This document shows, one piece after another, positions 19,508 through 29,417 of a DNA stretch of 64,000 bases. A program made the translations under genes and the position numbers. The notes under the pieces were generated by a model. That model saw nothing but the letters and a program-made list of their open reading frames with translations, was not told the DNA's origin and ran no database searches. Source of the DNA: an uncultured Alphaproteobacteria bacterium (lineage in GTDB: Bacteria > Pseudomonadota > Alphaproteobacteria > Rs-D84); NCBI GenBank assembly GCA_944392815.1, contig CALXXY010000001.1, positions 1 to 64,000 of the forward strand, given 5' to 3'. Every line of letters begins with the position of its first letter. Position 1 is the stretch's first letter.

Positions 19508-20431
19508 TTAAATACTGTCTGCGTTTATCCAACGACCGTTTCGCAACAATCCCGGGGCCATGCCTTCGTTGCTGCGCAGGGCGTCTATGACACTGCGTGC
19601 CTGTGTCGCGTTCAGATTCACAATGCGTACTTTGTACATGTCGCCTTCTTGGACGACGACGGCGTTGCCATATTTCATCATACGGGACGCCAATGAATCT
19701 GCGCTGTCCTGGGCATAGAATGCCGCAACCTGGACACTATATTCGCCAGACATTGCCGCCGGAGCCGTTGTTGTGCCTGTTGCGCCCGGTGCCTGGGTTG
19801 TTGTGACGACGGTTGTTTCAACCACAGGTGCAGGTTGCTGGGCAACCGGCTGTTGTGCAGGTGTGGTCGCGCCAATAGTCGCATTTTTCACCGCCATGGA
19901 TTCGTTGGCCATAACCTGAACCTGAACCTTGGTCTGGCCGTTCATGCCGATTTTCTGGGCGGCGGCCGGCGACAAATCCATAATACGAGTATTTACGAAT
20001 GGCCCGCGGTTATTAACACGCACAACCACAGATTGACCATTGTCCAAATTGGTCACGCGTGCAATTGTTGGCAACGGCAATGTTTTGCTGGTGGCGACCA
20101 TTTGACTCATATCAAACACTTCGCCATTGCTGGTTTTTGTGCCGTTCAATTCAGCCGGAATAATACCCGCGATGCCAGTTTGGTTATAGGTTAAATCCTC
20201 GACCGGAATGTATTGCACATCTTCGACCTTGTACGCGCTGCCTACGTAATATTTCGGGGCGGGTGCCAACAGGTATGTATTATTCAGTGATTCATCTGTG
20301 GTGATTAATGTTTCTTCGCCAAAACCATCGGCGGCATAGCCGTTCATGCCACTGGTATCGGACGTAGTACTTAAATCAGTACACGCGGCCAAAACTGCGG
20401 TCAACACAGCCAAAGACAGTATTTTTTTCAT
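19508..20431 (-). CDS. rlpA: RlpA-family lytic transglycosylase lipoprotein with SPOR domain
   Basis: Lipobox LAAC; TSNGEVFD, KTLPLPT, VRVNNRGPF, RIMDLS; C-terminal YSVQVAAF SPOR. Confidence 0.88.
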   Translation of the reverse strand: MKKILSLAVLTAVLAACTDLSTTSDTSGMNGYAADGFGEETLITTDESLNNTYLLAPAPKYYVGSAYKVEDVQYIPVEDLTYNQTGIAGIIPAELNGTKTSNGEVFDMSQMVATSKTLPLPTIARVTNLDNGQSVVVRVNNRGPFVNTRIMDLSPAAAQKIGMNGQTKVQVQVMANESMAVKNATIGATTPAQQPVAQQPAPVVETTVVTTTQAPGATGTTTAPAAMSGEYSVQVAAFYAQDSADSLASRMMKYGNAVVVQEGDMYKVRIVNLNATQARSVIDALRSNEGMAPGLLRNGRWINADSI

Positions 20432-20506
20432 TGTGGGACTCCTTACATTCCGTTTATTATGATTAAATTTTATCATATAACGGTGGCGTTTTCAACTTTA
20501 TTTTGA

Positions 20507-21967
20507 CTATATTTTTCGGCCAATTATGTACGCGATTGGCAAATACACGATTGCGAATCCGCCGATTGCCACAAACAGTATCCAAATGTTTGGAATCGGC
20601 ACGAACCACAGCACTGCCCCCATCGCGATTGCCAGCGCAGCAAATGCCAAAATAGCCACGCGTGTGCGCGGTTCTGTGCGTATCAGATTTTTACGCATAC
20701 AGGCACGGCGCAACAGCCAATTTTTCAGGTACCCACTGACGACTATACCAATTGGAATGGCCAAATATCCGACCAGTGGGAACGCGGCCACATATATCAA
20801 CGTTGCCACCGCCAATGATGTAATGCTGGTTTTGACGGGTGTGCGTACGTCCTGGGACGCGTACAGTGTTTTGCTGTAAATCTGGCTTATCATCATTGCG
20901 GGCAATACCAGAACCTGTATCATCATGGCCAACGCAACGGCATGTGTGGATTCGTGTGTCCATGCGCCGTATTCAAACAAATACTGGATAATCGGTTCGG
21001 CCAGCACGAACAATCCCACCACGCACGGCATAATCAGCATCATAGATTCCCGCATAGACGCATTTTGTTGCAGATACACACTGCGCATATTTTTTTCCGC
21101 CATCGCATTTGACATGGACGATATCAGCACTGTACCCACCGCCAGCCCAATCAGCGCAAACGGCAATTGAATCATGCGGTCGGAATAATACAGCCACGAC
21201 ACAGCCCCACTTTGGAAACTGGCCACCAATGTACCGACGATAATGGTGATTTGATAAAATCCATTGCCAATAATACTTATCCCCAGGCGTTTAAACATAC
21301 TTTTAATCGCAGGCGTCCATCGCGGGCGTATCAATCGCAATCCAAAATGATGCCGCCGAATACGCGACCACAATATAGCGAACTGGATAATACCGGCCAG
21401 CACCACCGTAAACGCCATAATATATAAAATTGTTTCTGGGGCAAACCATGCGGCCAACAGCAGTGCGCATATCAGCATAATGTTCAACAGCACCGGCATA
21501 AACGCCACCAGCAAGAATTTTGAAAACGCGTTCAAAATAGCCGACAAAAACGCAGCCGCACATATAAACACCACGTACCAGAACATTATTCTGGAAATAA
21601 CGACTGTTAATTGCATTTTGCCCGGGTCGTCCGCGAACCCAGGCGCCAACACCCACACGACCAGTGGCATGAATATTTCGAACAATATCGCGATACCAAG
21701 CAATATCATCATTAACCATGAAAACACGTTTTTGGCGAAATTTTCGTCTTTGTTTTTATCCGTGTACATGGGAATAAAGATAGACGACAATGCGCCTTCG
21801 CCCAACAGGTCGCGGAACAAGTTCGGCAATTTAAACGCCGCCAAAAATATATCTGATAAACGCCCCGCGCCAAAAACGTGTGCCACCAACATGTCGCGAA
21901 CGAATCCGAAAACGCGACTGATACCGGTCATTACACTGACCCCGAAAATATGTTTGCCTAGTTTCAT
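20507..21967 (-). CDS. murJ: Lipid II flippase
   Basis: SRVFGFVRD, AFKLPNLFR..GEGA, YYSDRMIQLP; multiple TM helices. Confidence 0.93.
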   Translation of the reverse strand: MKLGKHIFGVSVMTGISRVFGFVRDMLVAHVFGAGRLSDIFLAAFKLPNLFRDLLGEGALSSIFIPMYTDKNKDENFAKNVFSWLMMILLGIAILFEIFMPLVVWVLAPGFADDPGKMQLTVVISRIMFWYVVFICAAAFLSAILNAFSKFLLVAFMPVLLNIMLICALLLAAWFAPETILYIMAFTVVLAGIIQFAILWSRIRRHHFGLRLIRPRWTPAIKSMFKRLGISIIGNGFYQITIIVGTLVASFQSGAVSWLYYSDRMIQLPFALIGLAVGTVLISSMSNAMAEKNMRSVYLQQNASMRESMMLIMPCVVGLFVLAEPIIQYLFEYGAWTHESTHAVALAMMIQVLVLPAMMISQIYSKTLYASQDVRTPVKTSITSLAVATLIYVAAFPLVGYLAIPIGIVVSGYLKNWLLRRACMRKNLIRTEPRTRVAILAFAALAIAMGAVLWFVPIPNIWILFVAIGGFAIVYLPIAYIIGRKI

Positions 21968-22013
21968 AGTTTCGATTATACTGCTGTTCAAGAAATAAAA
22001 TCAAGGCAGGAAT

Positions 22014-22775
22014 ATGCACACAAAAAAATTTTTTGCAATTATTGGCATGGCGGCTGCGCTGGGCGCGTGCGCCGGGACTGATGACAATGTTATGATTGAA
22101 CGCAGTTTGCCGGAAATATACAAATCGGCATACGACGAATTCAACGACGAAAACTATGACACCGCCGCCACAGAATTTTTACAGGCCGAAACACAATATC
22201 CGGCCGGTGAATGGGCGGCAGACGCACTGGTTATGGCGGCGTACTCGCAATATATGGACGATGATTTCGCCGGCGCAATAATGACCATTGACAGATTTAT
22301 GCGTTTTCACCCCGGACATCGTGATGTGCCATATATGCTGTATTTGCGCGGAATGTGCTATTACCGCCAGGTCAGCGATGTACGACGCGAACCGGGCATG
22401 TCTGCATATGCGCTGCAACAGTTCCAACAATTGGTGGACAGATTCCCGAAATCGCAATATACAGAAAACGCGAAAAATAAAATCAACATATTGAAAAACT
22501 ATGTCGCGGGCAAAGCAATGTATTCCGCCCGCAACGATATGGCACGTAAAAATTGGCCCAGTGCGATTTCGCGCCTGCAGGCGGTGGTGCAAACAGCCCA
22601 GGAAACCGTCATGACGCCCGAGGCCCTGTACCGCCTGACCGAATGTTATACGGCGATTGGATTGCCCGAACAGGCGTATGGGTATGCAGAAATGTTGCGT
22701 CTGAATTTCCCGGACAATGAATGGACGAAAAAATTGGACAAACGTCCGTCGGATTTTGAATCTGGCACGAAATAA
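22014..22775 (+). CDS. bamD: Outer membrane protein assembly factor BamD
   Basis: Lipobox LGAC; TPR-like motifs RFMRFHP, LVDRFPKSQY, EALYRL. Confidence 0.88.
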   Translation: MHTKKFFAIIGMAAALGACAGTDDNVMIERSLPEIYKSAYDEFNDENYDTAATEFLQAETQYPAGEWAADALVMAAYSQYMDDDFAGAIMTIDRFMRFHPGHRDVPYMLYLRGMCYYRQVSDVRREPGMSAYALQQFQQLVDRFPKSQYTENAKNKINILKNYVAGKAMYSARNDMARKNWPSAISRLQAVVQTAQETVMTPEALYRLTECYTAIGLPEQAYGYAEMLRLNFPDNEWTKKLDKRPSDFESGTK

Positions 22776-22798
22776 AAGCGGGGCATACGCCCCGTTTT

Positions 22799-24598
22799 TT
22801 ATTTCTGTACAAAATGTACACTGTATTGCGGTTTTTTATCCGCCCCCAGCGACGCGCGCACAACGCGATTGGATGCGCCCTGGACCGCACGAATCAGATT
22901 TTGTCTGTCCTTGCGTTCTGTTTTGGTCATGTTATCAATGGACTTGGTAATTTCAATCTGAATCTGGCGTTTCATGAACCCAGTGTCATCGGTTTCAAAA
23001 ATACCGACGCTGGAAACTTCGGGGGTGCCCTTTAAAAATCCGCGTTTATCAACCGGCAGCGTCACGAATATCGCGCCGTTTGTTGCGATTTTTTTACGTG
23101 TTTTATACACAGGGTCGTCCGTGCTGCGTTCTGTTTCGCCCTCCATCACTACAAAGCCCGTTTCGATGGTTTCAGCGACATATGGGGCCTGGCCATCAGC
23201 CAACGCAATCATTTCGCCGTTATGCACGACCATCATGTATTTTGCGCCGCCGCGTTCCATTGCCATTTTGCCGTTCAGCATTTCATTAATGTAATCACCG
23301 TGCATTGGCACAGACACCTGGGGGTGCACCATGTCATAGAACCGTTCGAATTCCGGACGTCCCGCGTGCCCACTGGCGTGCAGATGGTCTGTATCATAAA
23401 TCGTATGTGTTTTAATGCCCATACGCGCCAATTTATTGTACAGGTATGAAACGTCCTGTTCGCGTCCCGGAATAACAATTGCGCTGAACAACACCGTATC
23501 CGTTGGTTGCAGTTTCATTTCCTTTACATGCCCGCGGCACAGACGCGTCAACATAGCAAACTGTTCACCCTGGGACCCGGTCAGGAAAATGGCCTGTTTT
23601 TCTGCGGGCAAATCTTTGATTTCGCTGTGCAGATATACATCGTCTTTGTCCAGATATCCGAACTCGATTCCCATTTCGCGGAATTCAGGCAATCCCACAA
23701 AAGGCACAGGGTTTGGATTACTGCGTTCCTTTATCGCGGCAACACGGCCGGCTGCACGTGCGGCCTGGGCGAACATCTTCATTCGCGCAATGGAACGTGA
23801 ATATCCCGTCACCAACACGCGCCCAGGTGCGTTTTTCATGATTTCTGTTAATGTATCGCGAACTTGTGCCTCGGTCGTTTGGGGTTCCTGGCGCGATGCA
23901 GATGTAGAATCAGACATACATGCCAACAATTTCGGATCAGACCCAATTTCACGCAAACGCGCATAGTCGGTTGGATCCTCGATTGGATTGTCATCATTGA
24001 ATGTCCAGTCACCCGTATGCAACACTTTGCCCGCCGGCGTTTTAATGATTAACATTTGCGCTTCGGGTACAGAATGGGAAACATGGAATGTTTCAACCGT
24101 AAACGGCGCCAAATCCAATGTTGCACCATGGTGGTCAAATTCAACAATGTCTGTGTCTGGATTGAAATCTATTTCCGCACCACGGAATGTTTGGCGCAGT
24201 ATTTCCGCCGGAAAACGCGTGCAGTAAATTGGCTTTCTGAATTTCGGCCATACGAATTTCAACGCACCGATGTGGTCTTCGTGTCCATGGGTTAAAACGA
24301 AACCAATAACGTCCTTTTTGCGTTTTTCTAACCACGTAGTATCGCAATATTGCACGTCGCCGGCACCAATTTCTTCCTCCAGAAATCCCATACCACAATC
24401 GACAACCAGATATTTGCCTTTGTATTTATAAATGTACATGTTTTGGCCGACGTGTTCCAAACCGCCCAACGCCATAAAGTACAATTTTTCATCATTTTTA
24501 TCGCTTTCGTGTTTGTTCATGCCGGTGATTTTTTCCGGCATTCCCGCGTCAGACGCGACATTTTCTGGCGCTGTTTGTTTTTTACGTACTTTTACCAT
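22799..24598 (-). CDS. rnj: Ribonuclease J
   Basis: ALGGLEHVGQN, THGHEDHIGA, HTGDW, TGSQGE, HASGHA, PMHG. Confidence 0.9.
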   Translation of the reverse strand: MVKVRKKQTAPENVASDAGMPEKITGMNKHESDKNDEKLYFMALGGLEHVGQNMYIYKYKGKYLVVDCGMGFLEEEIGAGDVQYCDTTWLEKRKKDVIGFVLTHGHEDHIGALKFVWPKFRKPIYCTRFPAEILRQTFRGAEIDFNPDTDIVEFDHHGATLDLAPFTVETFHVSHSVPEAQMLIIKTPAGKVLHTGDWTFNDDNPIEDPTDYARLREIGSDPKLLACMSDSTSASRQEPQTTEAQVRDTLTEIMKNAPGRVLVTGYSRSIARMKMFAQAARAAGRVAAIKERSNPNPVPFVGLPEFREMGIEFGYLDKDDVYLHSEIKDLPAEKQAIFLTGSQGEQFAMLTRLCRGHVKEMKLQPTDTVLFSAIVIPGREQDVSYLYNKLARMGIKTHTIYDTDHLHASGHAGRPEFERFYDMVHPQVSVPMHGDYINEMLNGKMAMERGGAKYMMVVHNGEMIALADGQAPYVAETIETGFVVMEGETERSTDDPVYKTRKKIATNGAIFVTLPVDKRGFLKGTPEVSSVGIFETDDTGFMKRQIQIEITKSIDNMTKTERKDRQNLIRAVQGASNRVVRASLGADKKPQYSVHFVQK

Positions 24599-25023
24599 AA
24601 TAAATTCCTTTGTTTCGGTTATACTTTTGCGCCACCACATAATCCATTGCCAATAAAGAACGCGTCTTTATTTGTAGTGAATCAGTGGCAGCGCGGCTTT
24701 TGTTTCCCCCGCGATAATCAATAATAAATTAAAACAACGGGGAATTTTTTGGGACATATCCCAAATCTCTCTGACCCCAGTAATGTTAGTATATTTTCAA
24801 TTAAATGCAAGAGATAATATTTTTAAACCTTGCATTATACGTGTCGGAATAGTAATATACTTTATGTCAATGGGGGTTCCATTGATGGGGTGTGAAGACC
24901 TCTGCCTTAGCGTCGAACGGGAAAAATGGCGCTCCATTATACAGGATGTTGATTAAGTCCAAACGCGCATAAAACATACAAGAATTACTAGTGAGTTTTA
25001 ACTTGATTGATATGTTATTATAG

Positions 25024-26127
25024 TTATATTAAGTATTGTAATAATTTTTCTAACTGTGTATCATTTAATAGAATTATCTTGCACGCATTTGCAGCTTGTC
25101 TAGCAGATTTAGTAAAACCCGCATTAGATACAACAACACCATAGTCACAATTATAAAAATCTCGTCCTGCATTTGCCTCTTGAACCGCTTTGTTACCTAC
25201 AGGTTTGGAATATTTTTTACATTGAATAGCAAAAGATACGCCATTCTTTTTTGCTATCACGTCTGCACCCTGGTCCCCACTGGCTTTTGTAGTGCGCGCA
25301 TTGAATCCCAGTGACTTTAATTTAATTGTTATGCTTTTTTCGTAATCTAATGGTGTAATATTTTTTTGCTTTAAATTTATATCAGGCATTTCCCACTTAT
25401 TGACATACAAACTAAAAACAAGCTCTTTTACAACATTACAGGCATTTAAATACCTATATTCTTCCAAACGATTGTTTTCTAAAATGATATTTTTCTTTGC
25501 ACAACTCTGGGTACTGATGAAAATAAGCTCACCTCTAATATCATCTGTTTTATCTAGCATATTAAAATAAACATCTTCCATAATGCCAAAAGAACGATTA
25601 TCTATTTTTATATCACTGTTGTCATCCGTCGCCACAAATATGCAAAAATTGAAAAAGTCCGCTTCAAATACAGGATACAAATATATTTCCAAGGAATGGT
25701 CAGGGATATTTGAAAATAGTTTTTCGTAACTATTTTGTAATGCTTCATTATAATAAGGTGTTGCGTAAATAGGCATCTCTCTAGTCAATACAACATTCTG
25801 AGCAAAATTATACAATTCGTTTATATAATTTTCATAATGAATATATCCATAATCGTCTTCTGTTACTAACTGCAAAAATTTTGCATGCAGCGTGTTTTCA
25901 TGTTGTTGAATTATATCATAAATTTGATTTACATATTCCTGTCTGTATGTGTTTACAATTTTTGTATGTTTTTTTAGTTTTTCTATCAGCATCCGTTTTT
26001 CATTTTGAATATTTTTTTGATTTTTAACATTTCTTGCATCGTACTCTTCTAGCTTCATTAACAAAAAAGCCACCAACAATATAGCGATAGCACTGACGAC
26101 AACAATTATTCCAATACTGTTTAACAT
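25024..26127 (-). CDS. Mrr-like restriction endonuclease with N-terminal membrane anchor
   Basis: C-terminal TKASGDQGADVIA..AIQCKKYSKPVGNKAVQEA..NAGFTKSA; N-terminal TM; AT-rich. Confidence 0.85.
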   Translation of the reverse strand: MLNSIGIIVVVSAIAILLVAFLLMKLEEYDARNVKNQKNIQNEKRMLIEKLKKHTKIVNTYRQEYVNQIYDIIQQHENTLHAKFLQLVTEDDYGYIHYENYINELYNFAQNVVLTREMPIYATPYYNEALQNSYEKLFSNIPDHSLEIYLYPVFEADFFNFCIFVATDDNSDIKIDNRSFGIMEDVYFNMLDKTDDIRGELIFISTQSCAKKNIILENNRLEEYRYLNACNVVKELVFSLYVNKWEMPDINLKQKNITPLDYEKSITIKLKSLGFNARTTKASGDQGADVIAKKNGVSFAIQCKKYSKPVGNKAVQEANAGRDFYNCDYGVVVSNAGFTKSARQAANACKIILLNDTQLEKLLQYLI

Positions 26128-26286
26128 GTATTAATCCTTTTATATATTCTGTATTGTTTTAAAAAATCTGTAACTTTGATATCGCGTCCCTTTAACTCAA
26201 TGCATACATATTTTAAAAACGCATACCGCATCATGCAGGAAACCAACTGGAGACAAAGCATAATGATAACACCAAAAATTTAAAGT

Positions 26287-26859
26287 TCATAACGTTCCCC
26301 TTTTATTGAATAAATCCGTTACGCCTGCAGCATCACCAATCTGTTGTCCGTTCTTAAATCGCACAAAATGCCCCATGTTTTTCCCAAGTGCAATAAAAAT
26401 GCCTTGTTTATAGTTGAAATACGTTCGTAAATTTTCAGATGGCGCAGTTTTGTTTGTAAATATCTTTAATTTATTTTCATCGTGCGTCCAGTCATCATCG
26501 TTATGCCAATAGCCTTTCAGTTCTATAACCAGCATATTGTTTTCGTGTGTCCCGCGTGTATGCACTATTATATCCGGAAATACACGCCCTTTTTTCTCAT
26601 CAGATGCCGCATAAGCATTATTACAGCCCAGATGTTTAATTAGTTCTTCTCCAGAATTATCTGTGGCTTTGCCGTATTCACAGTCAACAGACAGGCAATC
26701 GTTATCATATCCATGTATATCCAATAGACGCTGTAAATATCCTGCAATTCTAGATGCACACGTTCTTTCCAAACCGCCAATTTCAACAAGCTTTTTGTCG
26801 CGCTTATAGAATATTGCCACCGCGGTCTGTAATAGTTCAAATATTGCTTCCGTGTTCAT
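26287..26859 (-). CDS. Putative PD-(D/E)xK nuclease-fold protein
   Basis: ER, VDCEY, PDIIVHTRG..NMLVIELK, D..KL motifs. Confidence 0.6.
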   Translation of the reverse strand: MNTEAIFELLQTAVAIFYKRDKKLVEIGGLERTCASRIAGYLQRLLDIHGYDNDCLSVDCEYGKATDNSGEELIKHLGCNNAYAASDEKKGRVFPDIIVHTRGTHENNMLVIELKGYWHNDDDWTHDENKLKIFTNKTAPSENLRTYFNYKQGIFIALGKNMGHFVRFKNGQQIGDAAGVTDLFNKRGTL

Positions 26860-26885
26860 TCTACTCGCCCCTTTTTAATTCAAAC

Positions 26886-27058
26886 AAAAAACCACCTGAC
26901 AAAGCGGGTGGTTGGAGGTTAAGAACTATAATCTGGTATAGCGAGCTTATTCAATATATTCACTGCCCTCCAACCATGATGATTGGAGGTGTTTTTATGT
27001 CCCCACGGACACCAGATTCAGAGGTTCTTACGCCCCAACACGGCAACCGCCATGTCGC
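26886..27058 (-). ncRNA. Putative structured RNA (about 170 nt) with its own promoter and terminator
   Basis: TTGCAC-N17-TAAAGT at 27092-27064; long closing stem 26911-26939 / 27009-27039 around three hairpins; ACCACC..GGTGGT hairpin plus T-run. Confidence 0.55.
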
Positions 27059-27212
27059 TTTATACTTTATCACGGACAAAAATCCCGTGCAAGCAGTTTA
27101 TAATGCATACTATTAAACAATGAGGAATTTATATTCTGGTGCGGCCGGCGGGTTCCCTCGCGCGACACATAATAAAAACAACGCCACAGTTTTGTGGCGT
27201 TGTTTTTTATTC

Positions 27213-27289
27213 TGGCGCGCCCAGAAGGATTCGAACCCTCAACCTTCTGATCCGTAGTCAGATGCTCTATCCAATTGAGCCATGGGCGC
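27213..27289 (-). tRNA. tRNA-Arg(ACG)
   Basis: GCGCCCA..TCTGA-CT-ACG-GA-TCAGA..GGTTCGAATCC..GCCA. Confidence 0.96.
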
Positions 27290-27345
27290 AACGTTCGTAT
27301 ATTTTATACGTTTTTGTCGAAATTGCAAGCAAAAATATATGTTTT

Positions 27346-27936
27346 TTATCTGCTGCCATGGCCGTCGTTATGATGGCCGTGATACAACATATTAAAATGC
27401 TGTCTGCACACAGATTTATAATTGCTGTCGCCGATTGCAATTTGTGCGCCTGCGCGAACAACATTGCCCGATGCGTCGTATCGCAAATGATGCGTCGCCA
27501 AATGCATACAGCCGGGAATTTGACACGTCGATTCCATGCGGTGCAGTTTGGCGCCAACCTCGATTAACCGGCGCGACGCAGGAAAAATATGCTCGTTGCT
27601 GTCTATCATTATTCCATAGCACATAATTATCACGGGGCGACTGTCGGCAATACGCACCAGTGCATCTATGTCGTCCGGGGTAAAGAACTGGATTTCATCG
27701 ATTAGCACCATTTTAGTATCTGGGGCCGGGGTCCACCCGCGTAATGTTGTCAGCACTGTTGCATCGGCGGAAATTCCGATACGGGAATTGACTTTGTTAT
27801 CGCTGAAACGATTATCGATTTTTGGTTTTATGATTTCGGTTTTGTTCCCGTTTTTGTTTTGGTTGTACGCATTAATAACCAACTGTGCAGATTTCGAACA
27901 ACCCATTGTTCCATAATGAAAATGCAGATTCGCCAT
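27346..27936 (-). CDS. tdk: Thymidine kinase
   Basis: YGTMGCSKS, IDNRF, SRIG, IDEIQF, and Zn-binding C..C / YKSVCRQH. Confidence 0.9.
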   Translation of the reverse strand: MANLHFHYGTMGCSKSAQLVINAYNQNKNGNKTEIIKPKIDNRFSDNKVNSRIGISADATVLTTLRGWTPAPDTKMVLIDEIQFFTPDDIDALVRIADSRPVIIMCYGIMIDSNEHIFPASRRLIEVGAKLHRMESTCQIPGCMHLATHHLRYDASGNVVRAGAQIAIGDSNYKSVCRQHFNMLYHGHHNDGHGSR

Positions 27937-27957
27937 TTATCAATCCCCCAATTTATA

Positions 27958-28893
27958 TTATGATGCCATAGATTCCAAACGTGCTATGCGTTTTTCAACA
28001 GGCGGGTGCGTCGCCATCAGTGAACTGGCGAATTCGCGCGGACCACCCGGGTATGCGATGCACACCGCCGACATAGATTTTACTTTGTCCAAACATTCCA
28101 CGCGCGCGTCGGTCGTGATTTTGCGCAGCGCGTTTGCCAACGCCATTGGATTATGGGTTATTTGCGCGCCTGTTGCATCGGCGGCGTATTCGCGATTTCT
28201 GGAAATAGCCATACGTAAAACCGGCGTGATAATCCAGTTAAACACAAAAAACGCCAGCCACACCAACAACAATACCGCCACGCCACTGTTTTTGTTGTCA
28301 CTGTCGCTGTGACCCGACGCCAATGCCACGCGCAAAATCATATCAGCCGCGAACACAGTCACACCAACGCCTGTAATCAACATCATATCCAATCGAATGT
28401 CGCGGTTGCCTATGTGTGCCATTTCGTGCGCGATGACGCCCTGTAATTCAATATTGTTTAATTTTTTTATCAGTCCGCGGGTCAGTGCAACAGACGCATC
28501 GCGCGGGGTGCGCCCGGTTGCAAATGCGTTCATGGAATCGTCATCTATGATGTAAACACGCGGGCATGGCAATCCGGCCGCCATAGCGACATTTTCCACT
28601 GCGCGGAATATTTCGCGATTTTGTTTGTCGTCATCAAAAATTTCATGTGCATGTGCAGAATTTAACATCATGCTGTCGCCAAATGCCCACGATATCAGCA
28701 ACCATACCGCGCACGCGACAAATGTCGGAATTGCCACGGAAATTGCCGTGTTAAACGCTGTGTCCGCGGGCGCGACAATCCACGTAAACAAAAATATTAG
28801 CGCGATAAATATCAGTGGGAAGCAAATCACCAATAATATAGTTTTTATATTATTGCTGCGAATATGATCGTAAACTGTTTTTACATGTGCCAT
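27958..28893 (-). CDS. htpX: M48 zinc metalloprotease HtpX
   Basis: NAFATGR, IAHEMAH, SRNREYAADA, THPP. Confidence 0.9.
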   Translation of the reverse strand: MAHVKTVYDHIRSNNIKTILLVICFPLIFIALIFLFTWIVAPADTAFNTAISVAIPTFVACAVWLLISWAFGDSMMLNSAHAHEIFDDDKQNREIFRAVENVAMAAGLPCPRVYIIDDDSMNAFATGRTPRDASVALTRGLIKKLNNIELQGVIAHEMAHIGNRDIRLDMMLITGVGVTVFAADMILRVALASGHSDSDNKNSGVAVLLLVWLAFFVFNWIITPVLRMAISRNREYAADATGAQITHNPMALANALRKITTDARVECLDKVKSMSAVCIAYPGGPREFASSLMATHPPVEKRIARLESMAS

Positions 28894-28927
28894 GGCGTTT
28901 ATTATAACCCAAATTTCTGTGCCGTCA

Positions 28928-29308
28928 TTATGAATTTTCGTTTTTTATGCGTTTAAATTTTACATCAAAACTGCCGTTGTTAATCGGGGTGGCTGATAAT
29001 ATGTACGGCGATAAAATACTTTCAGACACCCATTGTGGGAATAATTTCCGCAAAACCCCACTGGCGCCGGTGATGATTGTGGCGCGACGCGCGCCCGATG
29101 TGGCCACAGCCATGATTTCGTCCCAGGCCTGGTCCACGGTGTGTTGGTGCAAATCCAGCGTGACGTGCGCGGGCGCCGCCCCAACGGGGGCGGGAATCCG
29201 ACGCGACAGTTGTAATTCAGACCGCACGCGTCGCCGGGTGGCGCTGTCGTCCGGCACGAACGCGGTCCCAGCCATTTTTGCAATATCGTCATCGGTTAAT
29301 TGTTTCAT
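28928..29308 (-). CDS. Smr domain protein
   Basis: LDLHQHT..A, IITG.SGVLR, NGSFDV. Confidence 0.8.
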   Translation of the reverse strand: MKQLTDDDIAKMAGTAFVPDDSATRRRVRSELQLSRRIPAPVGAAPAHVTLDLHQHTVDQAWDEIMAVATSGARRATIITGASGVLRKLFPQWVSESILSPYILSATPINNGSFDVKFKRIKNENS

Positions 29309-29417
29309 AGCAATCGCTATTATAATACAGCAACACGGATTGTTTATAAAAAAATGACGGGCCCGTTGACATTAAAAAACCGCCCGGGTGGGCGGTTGAG
29401 TCATTATCGATAAAAAT

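Noticed and set aside
19193-19696. ORFs over the repeat elements (also 9522-9887, 52567-53020)
   Set aside because: Translations of GC-rich palindromic repeats with no protein features or RBS.
26886-27058. Retron msr-msd or tmRNA
   Set aside because: No reverse transcriptase nearby; no tRNA-like acceptor end or tag reading frame.
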